Source: Nitrospirota bacterium (GTDB taxonomy: Bacteria; Nitrospirota; JACRHJ01). Taken from it: a DNA stretch of 64,000 bases. Of this stretch, positions 20,314 to 29,728 are shown one piece after another (positions within the stretch are counted from its first letter, which is position 1; every line of letters starts with the position of its first letter). The DNA lies in NCBI GenBank assembly GCA_963845245.1, contig CAWJRJ010000021.1, forward strand, positions 173,963 through 237,962, written 5' to 3'. The translations under genes and the position numbers were made by a program. A model generated the notes under the pieces. That model saw only the letters and a program-made list of their open reading frames with translations, had not been told where the DNA came from and did not search any database.

Positions 20314-21052
20314 GTGTGCTTGACGGCAGGGTTGTCCTTGATTACAGGAGGTACGAGAGGTCTTGGGCGCGCCATGGCGCTGCGGTTTATTGCCGAGGGC
20401 GCAAGGGTAGCGGTCAGCTATATCAGTGACGACAAGTCCGCCGCGCTGTTCATGGAAGAAGCCGGCCCGGACATGTGCATCGCCGTGAAGGCCGACGTAT
20501 CGGATTCCGCACAGGTGCAGTGCGCTTTTTGCGAAGGTCAAGGAAAAGATAGGCCAGCCGGAGATCCTTGTGAACAACGCAGGCATAATAAAGGACGGCT
20601 TCCTCATGCTGATGAGGGAGGAGGACTGGGACGGCGTAATCAACGTGAGCCTTAAAGGAGCATTCAACTGCTGCAAGGCGGCCTGCCGCGGCATGGTCGG
20701 CGCAAAGTATGGCAGGATAATAAACGTCGTCTCCCCCTCTGCCATAACGGGCCGGGCCGGACAGACAAACTACTCCGCCGCAAAGGGCGGACTGATATCT
20801 CTCACCAAATCCCTGGCACGCGAGCTTGCTCCGTTCGGCGTGACCGTAAACGCAGTCTCGCCCGGCGTGATCGAGACGGACCTGACCGGCAAGATACCGG
20901 ACAAGGTCCGGCAGGAACTACTTGACTTCATACCGCTCGGCCGGTTCGGCAGGCCGGATGAAGTGGCCGAGGCAGTATTGTTCCTCGCATCCAGCGAGGC
21001 CAACTATATTACAGGACAGGTTCTATCCGTCGATGGCGGAATAGCCATGTAA
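20314..21052 (+). CDS. fabG: 3-oxoacyl-ACP reductase (SDR; frameshifted)
   Basis: TGGTRGLG, NNAGI, GQTNYSAAK, YITGQVLSVDGG. Confidence 0.88.
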
Positions 21053-21147
21053 TTGAGTTCATTTAATAGATTAAAACTTTTTAACTTGATAGGTTATTGC
21101 TATTAATGTATATATAATGTAAATTATGCGCGGAATCCTGCACACCT

Positions 21148-21579
21148 ATGAAAGAGGCCTTTGAAATAATCGCCGCGCTTCCGCACAGGTTCCCATTTAT
21201 TATGGTCGACCGGGTGTTGGAGGTGGAGCCCGGTAAAAGGGCCGTTGCGGTAAAGAGGATCACTGCCGACGGATTTTTTTCTGACCGCCTGGGGACGACG
21301 GCAGACCTCCTCATCATTGAGGCCATGGCCCAGGTCGGCGCCCTTGCGTCTGCACCGCAGGAGCAAGGCGGTCCCGAACGTGAGTTGATGCCAGGTTTTC
21401 TTGCAGGGCTTGGCGATGTAAAGTTTCTGAAAAGCCCGCGCGCCGGGGACGTGGTAACCCTGACGCTCGATTTCCAGGCCAGGCTCGGCGGGCTTGTAAG
21501 GTTCAAGGGTGTTGCGGAGATAGACGGAGAGAAGGCCGCAGAGGCGACGCTTACTTTTTCAATCCCGGTGCCGATATGA
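21148..21579 (+). CDS. FabZ-like hot-dog dehydratase lacking the catalytic His
   Basis: LPHRFPFIMVDRV and IEAMAQ are present; no GHFP motif. Confidence 0.8.
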   Translation: MKEAFEIIAALPHRFPFIMVDRVLEVEPGKRAVAVKRITADGFFSDRLGTTADLLIIEAMAQVGALASAPQEQGGPERELMPGFLAGLGDVKFLKSPRAGDVVTLTLDFQARLGGLVRFKGVAEIDGEKAAEATLTFSIPVPI

Positions 21580-22418
21580 GCGTAGATATCCAGAGCGAGC
21601 TTATAAGCAGCAGGAGCAACAGGGTCGTAAAATACCTGAAGTCCCTGGGCCTTGCCCGCAACAGGCAGCGGGACGGTCGCTTCCTCATAGAGGGAGTGAG
21701 GATAGTCGAGGAGGCCGTTGAGAGGGAAGGCTGCGTCGAGAAGCTTATAGTGACCCCTCAGGCCCTGCACAACGACAGGGTTGCCGCAATGGTCGAGTCT
21801 GCGAACGAGGCAGGCGTCGATATAATGTGGGTTGCGGACAGGGTAATGGATTACATATCCGAGACCAAGACCACCCAGGGTATCATGGCACAGGTCAGGC
21901 CGGTACAGTTTACGGAGGACGACTTAGAAAAAGGCCAGATCCCTATAGTTGTCGTAGCCCACATGCTTCAGGACCCGGGAAACATAGGCACACTCATCAG
22001 GGTGGCCGAGGCCGCGGGTATAGGCGGCGTCGTAACGACGCCCGGGACGGTCGACTTCTACAACCCCAAGGCCCTGAGGGCCACCATGGGCAGCATCTTC
22101 CGTATCCCCTCGATCAAGACCGACAGCCTTGAAGGGTTCATCGACCGGTTCAAAAAGAAAGGGTACAGGATAGCGGCTGCGATGGTCTCTGTAAAGACCA
22201 GGTACTTCGACCTGGACTACTCTGAGCCCACGGTGATAATCCTGGGGCAGGAGGGTACCGGGCTCCCTGTCGAGGCATACAACCTCACGGATACCCAGAT
22301 ATCCATCCCGATGGCCACCATGATAGACTCGCTGAACGTTGCCGGGGCTGCAAGCGTGATCTTGTACGAAGCCGTGCGGCAGAAATACGCGGCAGGCGGA
22401 GAAATAACCAAGCGGTAA
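21576..22418 (+). CDS. TrmH/SpoU family RNA methyltransferase
   Basis: QDPGNIGTLIR, GQEGTGL, IPM....SLNV..A. Confidence 0.92.
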   Translation: MSVDIQSELISSRSNRVVKYLKSLGLARNRQRDGRFLIEGVRIVEEAVEREGCVEKLIVTPQALHNDRVAAMVESANEAGVDIMWVADRVMDYISETKTTQGIMAQVRPVQFTEDDLEKGQIPIVVVAHMLQDPGNIGTLIRVAEAAGIGGVVTTPGTVDFYNPKALRATMGSIFRIPSIKTDSLEGFIDRFKKKGYRIAAAMVSVKTRYFDLDYSEPTVIILGQEGTGLPVEAYNLTDTQISIPMATMIDSLNVAGAASVILYEAVRQKYAAGGEITKR

Positions 22419-22575
22419 TAGATAGCCGGACTCTCACTACCCCCCCAATCCAGTTGAACTTCCCACACATTTCTGGTAATATCTAAAGTTTGAATTTGAT
22501 GTGTATACGCCTCCATTTTTATGGATTTGTAGTATACTTGTACAGTAACACGCAAAACGCAAGGAGAAATACGAA

Positions 22576-22893
22576 ATGGGAGTCATGAGTTGGCTGTTGG
22601 GGGCGGGATGCGAGGACCTTTCCGCAGAGCAGGTTAAGCAGATGAAGCAGAACGCCGAGAAGTTTGTATTGGTGGACGTCAGGACGCCTCAAGAACACGC
22701 TTCCAGGAAGATAGACGGTTCGAAGCTCATACCGCTACAGGAACTTGGTAACAGGTACAACGAGATACCAAAAGACAAAGACGTGGTCATCTACTGTCAG
22801 AACGGGATCAGGAGCATCATGGCCTGCCGTATGCTGAAAAAACTCGGATACTCAAGGGTCAGGAACATGTCAGGCGGCATTAGCCGCTGGTAG
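22576..22893 (+). CDS. Single-domain rhodanese
   Basis: VDVRTPQE, active loop YCQNGIRS, MSGGI..W. Confidence 0.9.
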   Translation: MGVMSWLLGAGCEDLSAEQVKQMKQNAEKFVLVDVRTPQEHASRKIDGSKLIPLQELGNRYNEIPKDKDVVIYCQNGIRSIMACRMLKKLGYSRVRNMSGGISRW

Positions 22894-22912
22894 GTCCGGC
22901 CCGGGATGTGAG

Positions 22913-24244
22913 ATGCATTTTATAATCATATTCCTTCTCATATTCTTTACCACACTCTCTCCGCATCATGAATGCCGCGCGGATGAAGTGCCGCTCACGC
23001 TCAATGGCTGCATAAAGTCCGCAATAGAGAATAACCGCGCCTACCTTGCCGAACAGGAAAACACAGCCGCCGCAAAGGAAGGTATCGGCAAGGCGGCATC
23101 CGGCTTCCTCCCGAAGGTCGATGTCTCCGAGACCTACATGCGCACCGACAACCCCGTCATGGACTTCGGCGCGAAGATCAATCAGGGCGTTTTCACTACC
23201 GCCGACCTCAGCAAAGTCAACGACCCGGCACCTATAAACAACTTCAACTTCAGGGCGCAGGTAACCCAGCCGATATTCAACGGGGGCAAGGAGTGGGTGG
23301 GCCTGAAACGTGCGAAGCTGAACGCAGAGGCCTCAGAGATGGGCCTTGAGCGCGCGCGCCAGGACCTCGTATACCGGGTGGTGCAGGCCTATTATGGTGT
23401 CCTGCTGGCCGGTGAGTACTGCAAGGTGGCGGAAGCGGCAGTGAAGGACACGGAAGGCCATGTCCAGACTGCAACCAAGTTTTTTGAGCAGGGGATGCTG
23501 CTGGAATCCGAGGTGCTATCCGCAAAGGTACGTCTGGCCGAGGCCAGGGAGATGCTGGTTCGGGCAAAGAACCGGCTCGACACCGCAAAGGCCGGCTTAA
23601 ACCTGGTAATGGCGCGCCCACAGGACGCACAGGTTTCTATAGGGCAGAAGCTCGAATACCAGGAATTTCCGGGCAGCCTTCCGGAACTCCAGAGGGAGGC
23701 CGTGGACGCCCGCCCGGACTTGAAGGGCTCTACACTTAACACTAGGAATGCCGAGGCCGGGATAACTCTCGCAAGGACGGACTACCTCCCAAACCTCAAT
23801 TTCATTGCGCGATACGAGCTGGATGATAAGAACATGTTTCGCGCCCGGGGCGATTCGTACACCCTGCTGGGCGTCGTCAGCTGGAATTTCTTTGATGGCC
23901 TTTTGACCACCTACAGCGTGGGCGAGGCCAAGGCCCGGCATAATTCTTCCATGCATATGCTCGACCAGATGAGGGAAGAGGTGCTACTGGAGGTCAGGCA
24001 GTCATGGAACGCCGTCCAGGAGGCCAGAGAGAGGATCGATATATCATCGACATCGGTCAAGGAGGCCGAAGAGAGCTTCAGGATCATTCAGCGCAGGTTT
24101 GCATCCGGGCTATCAAAGACGATCGATGTGATGGACGCGGAAACATCGCTTACCCGCGCCCGGTTGAGCAGGGTACAGGCCCTTTACGACTATAACACAG
24201 CCGTAGCGGCCGTTAAATTATCCGTGGGACGGAAGGAATACTAA
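22913..24244 (+). CDS. TolC family outer-membrane efflux protein
   Basis: Signal peptide, A..NN, LP...., QPIFNGG, duplicated OEP halves. Confidence 0.9.
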   Translation: MHFIIIFLLIFFTTLSPHHECRADEVPLTLNGCIKSAIENNRAYLAEQENTAAAKEGIGKAASGFLPKVDVSETYMRTDNPVMDFGAKINQGVFTTADLSKVNDPAPINNFNFRAQVTQPIFNGGKEWVGLKRAKLNAEASEMGLERARQDLVYRVVQAYYGVLLAGEYCKVAEAAVKDTEGHVQTATKFFEQGMLLESEVLSAKVRLAEAREMLVRAKNRLDTAKAGLNLVMARPQDAQVSIGQKLEYQEFPGSLPELQREAVDARPDLKGSTLNTRNAEAGITLARTDYLPNLNFIARYELDDKNMFRARGDSYTLLGVVSWNFFDGLLTTYSVGEAKARHNSSMHMLDQMREEVLLEVRQSWNAVQEARERIDISSTSVKEAEESFRIIQRRFASGLSKTIDVMDAETSLTRARLSRVQALYDYNTAVAAVKLSVGRKEY

Positions 24245-24260
24245 AAAACTTGAGGTCGCA

Positions 24261-25412
24261 ATGAGGAAATTCCTTATCGTGTTTATTCTGGCCGTTGCAG
24301 TCTCATTGGCGGCATCATGCGCAAAGGAGCAGCCCAAGGCACCGGAACAACAGGTACCCGTACCTGTATCCATCGTAACGGCGGCAGTCTCGGACGTACC
24401 GGAAACCATAACTTCGGTCGGCACGGTCGAGGCAAAGAACGAGGCGGTAGTCTCCGCGAAGGTGATGGGCGTCATACAGAGGTTCTGGGTCGATGAAGGC
24501 TCCAGGGTTGGCAAGGGCGGCGTGCTGCTCACCATAGACGATGCCGAAATAAAGGCCAAGAGGGTCGAGGCCGAGCAGGCAAAGGCCGAAGGGGTCGCAG
24601 CACTGCACGAGGCGGACGCCGCACTGAAGGAGGCGAAGGCCGCCCTTGAGAATGCCGATATAAACAGGGAGAGGTTTGCAAACCTGTACAAGGAACAGGC
24701 TGTTACCAAGAAGGAGCTTGATGACATAGACACCCAGGGCAGGATGTCCGAGGCGAGGGTCGAGCAGGTGGAGGCCAGAAGAAAACAGGCTGAAGCCAAG
24801 ATAGCGCAGGCCGACGCGGGAGTATCACAGGCGAATATCATGCTCGGGTACACGGTCATTCACTCACCCATTTCCGGTGTGGTAACGGCCAAGACGGCCA
24901 ATACGGGAGAGATGGCATCACCGGGGAGGCCGCTATTAAAGGTTGTCGATGACGGCGAACTGAGGCTCCTTGCGACTGTCAAGGAAAGCGACATGGCCGG
25001 GATGGTAAAGGGCAATACGGTAAAGGTCGGGTTCGACGCGCTTTCCGGCAAACAGATCAGCGGCAGTATCTCAGAAGTAATACCCGCAGCCGATCCTGCC
25101 ACAAGGACGTTCAACGTAAAGATACACCTTCCCCGTACGCCAGGTCTTCTGCCCGGCATGTTCGGGAGGGCGTACCTGCCGTCTGGCATGCGAAAAGCCG
25201 TGCTGGTCCCCGACGCCTCGATAGTCGGTCGTGAAGGCGTGCAGGGTGTGTTTGTGGTTACGCCCGATAACACGCTGCGTTTTCAGGTAGTGAGGCTAGG
25301 CGAAAATAACAACGGCATGACGGAGGTCAGCTCCGGGCTGTCCGGCGGCGAGACCGTTGTTGCCGGCAATACCGGCAGCCTGAAAGAAGGCGTGAAGGTC
25401 GTCAGGAAGTAA
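24261..25412 (+). CDS. RND efflux periplasmic adaptor (lipoprotein)
   Basis: LAASC lipobox, lipoyl halves, coiled hairpin, SPISGVV, DPATRTF. Confidence 0.92.
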   Translation: MRKFLIVFILAVAVSLAASCAKEQPKAPEQQVPVPVSIVTAAVSDVPETITSVGTVEAKNEAVVSAKVMGVIQRFWVDEGSRVGKGGVLLTIDDAEIKAKRVEAEQAKAEGVAALHEADAALKEAKAALENADINRERFANLYKEQAVTKKELDDIDTQGRMSEARVEQVEARRKQAEAKIAQADAGVSQANIMLGYTVIHSPISGVVTAKTANTGEMASPGRPLLKVVDDGELRLLATVKESDMAGMVKGNTVKVGFDALSGKQISGSISEVIPAADPATRTFNVKIHLPRTPGLLPGMFGRAYLPSGMRKAVLVPDASIVGREGVQGVFVVTPDNTLRFQVVRLGENNNGMTEVSSGLSGGETVVAGNTGSLKEGVKVVRK

Positions 25413-25425
25413 ACGGGGCCAATAA

Positions 25426-28400
25426 TTGAAGACTAACCTTGCCGGCCGGATCACGGAATATTTCATCAACTCACAGCTCACCGTGCTGCTGATGATAGCC
25501 GTGGCGGCCTTCGGAATATTCGCCCTCGTCCGCACCCCCAGGGAAGAAAACCCCCAGATAGTAGTCCCCGCCGCAAATATCATCGTGATGTACCCCGGCG
25601 CAAGCGCCAAGGAAGTGGAGGAGCTTGTCTCCCGGCCGCTCGAGCGGATACTGCGCGAGGTCAAGGGCGTGGAGGACGTATACTCCACCTCGATGAACTC
25701 CATGTCGGTCGTGACGGTAAAGTATTATGTCGGCCAGGACCGCGAGAAGAGCCTGCTGAACCTCTACAACAAGGTGATGTCCAATATCGACTACGCCCCG
25801 CCGGGCGCAGTCATGCCTCCTCTTTTCAAACCGATAGAAGTCGACGACGTGCCGATAGTCACCGTAACCCTCTCAGGCGGCGGCTACGACGACTACCAGC
25901 TTAAGAGGCTGGCCGACAACCTCCTGACCAGAATACAGGAGGTGCCCGGCACATCTACGTCCTATGTGGTCGGCGGACGCGACAGGCAGGTGCGTGTAGA
26001 ACTAGACCCGGTGAGGCTAGCGGCCTACAACGTGTCTCCCTTGCAGGTACAGTTCGCGCTCAAGTCCGGTAACGCCAACCTTTTAACAGGCAACCTTGAG
26101 GGCGGCGGCAGGAGGATGCAGCTAGAGACCGGCGGGTTCATCGGTTCGGCCCAGGACGTCAAGGGGCTTGTCATCTCAAACTCAGGCGGGCGTCTTGTAT
26201 ATCTCCGTGATGTAGCCAGCGTATCCGATTCGCAGGAGGAGATAACGCATCTGACAAGGATTGCGCAACACTCCGCCGCCTCGCCGGATGGAAATGAGCA
26301 CGCGGCCGTGACGCTCGCAATCGCCAAGAAGAAAGGCGAAAATGCGGTAAAGGTAGCCGATGAGATAATTGCAAAGCTCGATTCCCTGAAGCGCTCGCTT
26401 CCCGCCGGGATCAAAGCCACTATAACCAGAAACGACGGGGAGCGCGCGAACGAGGCGGTAAACGAGCTAGTCGAGCACCTCATCCTCAGTATAGTCATAG
26501 TGATCCTGTTGCTGCTGCTTGCGCTTGGCTGGCGAGACGCGCTCATCGTGGCGCTTGCCATCCCGCTCACGTTGTTCGTCACGCTCGGTGTGGGCATGCT
26601 CGCCGGGCAGACGATCAACCGGATAACGCTTTTCGCGCTCACACTCTCGCTTGGCCTTCTGGTTGACGACGCGATAGTGGTGGTCGAGAACATCCACCGC
26701 CACTACCAGATGCAGAGGCGTCCGCGCCTGCATGCCGCAATCGAGGCCGTAAACGAGATAGGCAGCCCCACCGTGCTCGCCACACTTACCGTCATACTTG
26801 CGTTCCTGCCGATGTTCTTCGTTACAGGCATGATGGGGCCGTACATGGCGCCGATACCCTTCAACGTCCCCGTCGCCATGCTGGCGTCTCTCATGGTCGC
26901 GTTCATCGTGACCCCGTGGGCCGCCTACCGGCTGGTGCAGGTCAAGCATGCTCCCGAAGGCAAGTTGGCTAGGCCCTGGATCCACAGGGCGTACAACAGG
27001 GTGCTGGGTCCGCTACTTAACAACAAACACAAGCGGCGCATATTCATTGGCGTCGTGGTGCTGCTCTTCGCCGCGGTGATGACCTTCCCATATCTGCAGT
27101 GGGTGGACTTCAGGATGCTCCCAAAGGCGAACAAGAACACATTCCTCATCACCATCAACACGCCCACCGGGACGGCCCTTGAGGTGACGGACACCGTCGC
27201 GCGCGCAGTCGGCGCGTATGTAAAGACTATTCCTGAGGTGAAGGACTACGAGACATATGTCGGCGTCCCCTCGGTCGTAGATTTCAACGGCCTGCTGCGT
27301 GGGAGCGGCTTCAGGAAGGACCCGCGCTTTGCCGACATCAGGGTCAACCTCGTAGACAAGGCCGACCGCTCGATATCAAGCGAAAAGCTTGTGCTGAAGA
27401 TAAGGCCCGATATAGACAAGATCGCACGGCAGTACAATGCCAACATAAAGCTGGTCGAGGACCCGCCTGGCCCGCCGGTGCGTTCAACCATTGTCGCCGA
27501 GATATACGGGCCGGACTATGGCACGCTAAGGGCGCTTGCCGGAGACATGAAGAAGACCTTCGCGGGCACGAAGGCGGTGGTTGACATCGACGACAGCGTC
27601 GAGGAGGACGCGGTAAAGTACGACGTGATCGTCGACAAGACCAAGGCCGCCGAAAACGGCATATCAACCGAGCAGATAGTCGGCACGCTCAGGATAGCGT
27701 ACGGCGGCGCGGTAGTTACGACTATGCATATCCCCACGGAGAAGAACCCGGTCGGGATATTCCTGCGCTTCCCGCGCCAGGACAGGACAAGGCCGGACGA
27801 CCTCGGGCTTGCATATATAACGAACCCGCAGGGCAGGCAGGTGCCGCTCTCGGAGCTGGTAAAGATCGTGCCCGGCACATTTGACAAGCCTATCTACCAC
27901 AAGAACATGAAGCCGGTGGTCTACGTCTACGGCGAGATGGGCGCGAGGAGCCAGTTATACGCGGTGCTCGACATGATGAAATACCTGAAACAGCACCCGC
28001 TGCCTTTGGGCTACAATGTAAAGTGGGACGGCGAGATGAAGCTCACGCTCGATGTGTTCCGCGACCTGGGCGCCGCCATGGCCGTCGCGCTGGTGCTTAT
28101 ATACCTGCTGCTGGTCGGGCGGTTCCGTTCTTTCATCGTCCCCATTATAATCATGGGTCCGATACCGCTTGCCATGATAGGTATAATGCCCGGCTTTGCG
28201 CTTCTGGGGATATACTTCTCCGCGACTTCCATGATAGGCGTGATAGCGCTCGCGGGCATAGTGGTAAGGAACTCCATTATCCTCATCGAGTTCATACAGG
28301 ACAAGAAGAACGAGGGCATGCCCATCGAGGACGCGCTCATCGAGGCCGGTGCCATTCGCACGAGGCCCATCGTCCTTACCGCGCTGGCCGCGATACTGGG

Positions 28401-28557
28401 CGCGTCGGTCATTGCGGCCGACCCGGTATGGAGCGGCCTTGCATGGGCGCTCATATTCGGCATGACCGCCTCCACCGCGCTCACGCTCGTCGTTATACCG
28501 GTGGTCTATTATATTTTCCAGAAAAAGAAATGGGAGACGGCATCGACCGAGGAGTAA
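25426..28557 (+). CDS. RND efflux permease (AcrB/AcrD/AcrF superfamily)
   Basis: 1043 aa, PREENPQI, GLLVDDAIVVVENI, GIVVRNSI, R.RPI.LT. Confidence 0.95.
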   Translation: MKTNLAGRITEYFINSQLTVLLMIAVAAFGIFALVRTPREENPQIVVPAANIIVMYPGASAKEVEELVSRPLERILREVKGVEDVYSTSMNSMSVVTVKYYVGQDREKSLLNLYNKVMSNIDYAPPGAVMPPLFKPIEVDDVPIVTVTLSGGGYDDYQLKRLADNLLTRIQEVPGTSTSYVVGGRDRQVRVELDPVRLAAYNVSPLQVQFALKSGNANLLTGNLEGGGRRMQLETGGFIGSAQDVKGLVISNSGGRLVYLRDVASVSDSQEEITHLTRIAQHSAASPDGNEHAAVTLAIAKKKGENAVKVADEIIAKLDSLKRSLPAGIKATITRNDGERANEAVNELVEHLILSIVIVILLLLLALGWRDALIVALAIPLTLFVTLGVGMLAGQTINRITLFALTLSLGLLVDDAIVVVENIHRHYQMQRRPRLHAAIEAVNEIGSPTVLATLTVILAFLPMFFVTGMMGPYMAPIPFNVPVAMLASLMVAFIVTPWAAYRLVQVKHAPEGKLARPWIHRAYNRVLGPLLNNKHKRRIFIGVVVLLFAAVMTFPYLQWVDFRMLPKANKNTFLITINTPTGTALEVTDTVARAVGAYVKTIPEVKDYETYVGVPSVVDFNGLLRGSGFRKDPRFADIRVNLVDKADRSISSEKLVLKIRPDIDKIARQYNANIKLVEDPPGPPVRSTIVAEIYGPDYGTLRALAGDMKKTFAGTKAVVDIDDSVEEDAVKYDVIVDKTKAAENGISTEQIVGTLRIAYGGAVVTTMHIPTEKNPVGIFLRFPRQDRTRPDDLGLAYITNPQGRQVPLSELVKIVPGTFDKPIYHKNMKPVVYVYGEMGARSQLYAVLDMMKYLKQHPLPLGYNVKWDGEMKLTLDVFRDLGAAMAVALVLIYLLLVGRFRSFIVPIIIMGPIPLAMIGIMPGFALLGIYFSATSMIGVIALAGIVVRNSIILIEFIQDKKNEGMPIEDALIEAGAIRTRPIVLTALAAILGASVIAADPVWSGLAWALIFGMTASTALTLVVIPVVYYIFQKKKWETASTEE

Positions 28558-28561
28558 AATT

Positions 28562-29389
28562 ATGGCATACGTGACTTTTACCAGCCCGGAATGTATCGCG
28601 GGCATAGTGCTCAACGACCCGCCGGAGAACTTCATCTCCCGCGCCGTCATGGCCGACATAAACAGGTTTATCGACGAGGAACTAAGACCCAAGATAAAGC
28701 TCTGCTCGGTTGTGATAACCGGCGAGGGCCCGAACTTCTCGTCCGGCATCGACATAAAGGACCTGGTCAAGGTAGGCCGTAACGAGGCCATGCTGCTCTC
28801 CCGCATCGGCCACAGGGCGGTGCGCGGGCTTGAGGAGCTGCCCGTCCCGGTCATCGCTGCAATAAGCGGCAAGGCTTTCGACATAGGCTTCGAGCTGGCC
28901 TTGGCCTGCGACATCCGTATATGCACCGAGGACGCCCTTTTCTCGATGTCCACGATAAAGATAGGCATACCGCCGTCCTCAGGCGCAACGATGCGCCTGC
29001 CGGCAATAGTCGGGGCGGGCCGGGCGCGCGAGATACTCTATTCCGGGCGCGAGGTGGATGCGCATGAGGCGCTGGCAATAGGCCTTGTCAGCAGGGTGGT
29101 CGCGGACCAGACCGAGCTGATGGACACGGCGCGCGAGATGGCCTTCACGATTGCCAACAACGCCCCGGATGCAGTGCGCCAGACGAAGACGCTCGTCAAT
29201 ATGGGCCTTGACCGCGGCTATACCGAACGCGTGGAGGAAGAGGAGATTATAGCCTTTGCCGAGTCGTTCGGGCCGGGCAGCGAGCCGCGCCTGGGGATGG
29301 AGGCATTCCTTTCTGGCAGCAAGAGCCCTTGGTCGAAGGACCATGTCGAGTGGTGCAAGTTCAATGAGCCTCAATCTCCCGCCGAATGA
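28562..29389 (+). CDS. Enoyl-CoA hydratase/isomerase family protein (degenerate active site)
   Basis: LN.P..N, FSSGIDI, PVIAAISG...G.ELALACDIR. Confidence 0.8.
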   Translation: MAYVTFTSPECIAGIVLNDPPENFISRAVMADINRFIDEELRPKIKLCSVVITGEGPNFSSGIDIKDLVKVGRNEAMLLSRIGHRAVRGLEELPVPVIAAISGKAFDIGFELALACDIRICTEDALFSMSTIKIGIPPSSGATMRLPAIVGAGRAREILYSGREVDAHEALAIGLVSRVVADQTELMDTAREMAFTIANNAPDAVRQTKTLVNMGLDRGYTERVEEEEIIAFAESFGPGSEPRLGMEAFLSGSKSPWSKDHVEWCKFNEPQSPAE

Positions 29390-29420
29390 TGCATCCTTCA
29401 ACGGTTTAATCAAACTTTTC

Positions 29421-29449
29421 TTGACATCCCTACTTCTCTACTCTAAAAT
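29421..29449 (+). promoter_or_regulatory. sigma70-type promoter
   Basis: TTGACA-17-TAAAAT. Confidence 0.65.
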
Positions 29450-29494
29450 ACTGATTACCAGCTACACTAATAACTGTATATAAGGAGTAGGGTC

Positions 29495-29722
29495 ATGGAG
29501 CAGTCTTGCGAACTTCTGGAGAAGTGCGGTTTTTTCATTAATTTCAAGGGAAACGCCGAGGTAATCAAGCAGGGATGGGTGCGGATGTACTGTCAGTCTC
29601 AGGAAAAATCGTCGCGTTGCAAGCGAAAGATGATACGCAAGGAAACCGGTATGCCGCCACTGGACAACATGGCGCCCACCGGAGATATCATAAAGGTCAT
29701 GGGCAAATCAGGCCTGGAATAG
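29495..29722 (+). CDS. Small four-Cys hypothetical protein
   Basis: AAGGAG RBS and own promoter; C-x5-CGFF...YC-x8-CKR...P....PTG. Confidence 0.7.
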   Translation: MEQSCELLEKCGFFINFKGNAEVIKQGWVRMYCQSQEKSSRCKRKMIRKETGMPPLDNMAPTGDIIKVMGKSGLE

Positions 29723-29728
29723 CTGGAA

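Noticed and set aside
27955..28968. Long antisense and alternate-frame ORFs (also 34591-35592, 54027-55121, 60528-61403, 168-959)
   Set aside because: These are shadows of well-supported genes in GC-rich DNA with no recognisable motifs.
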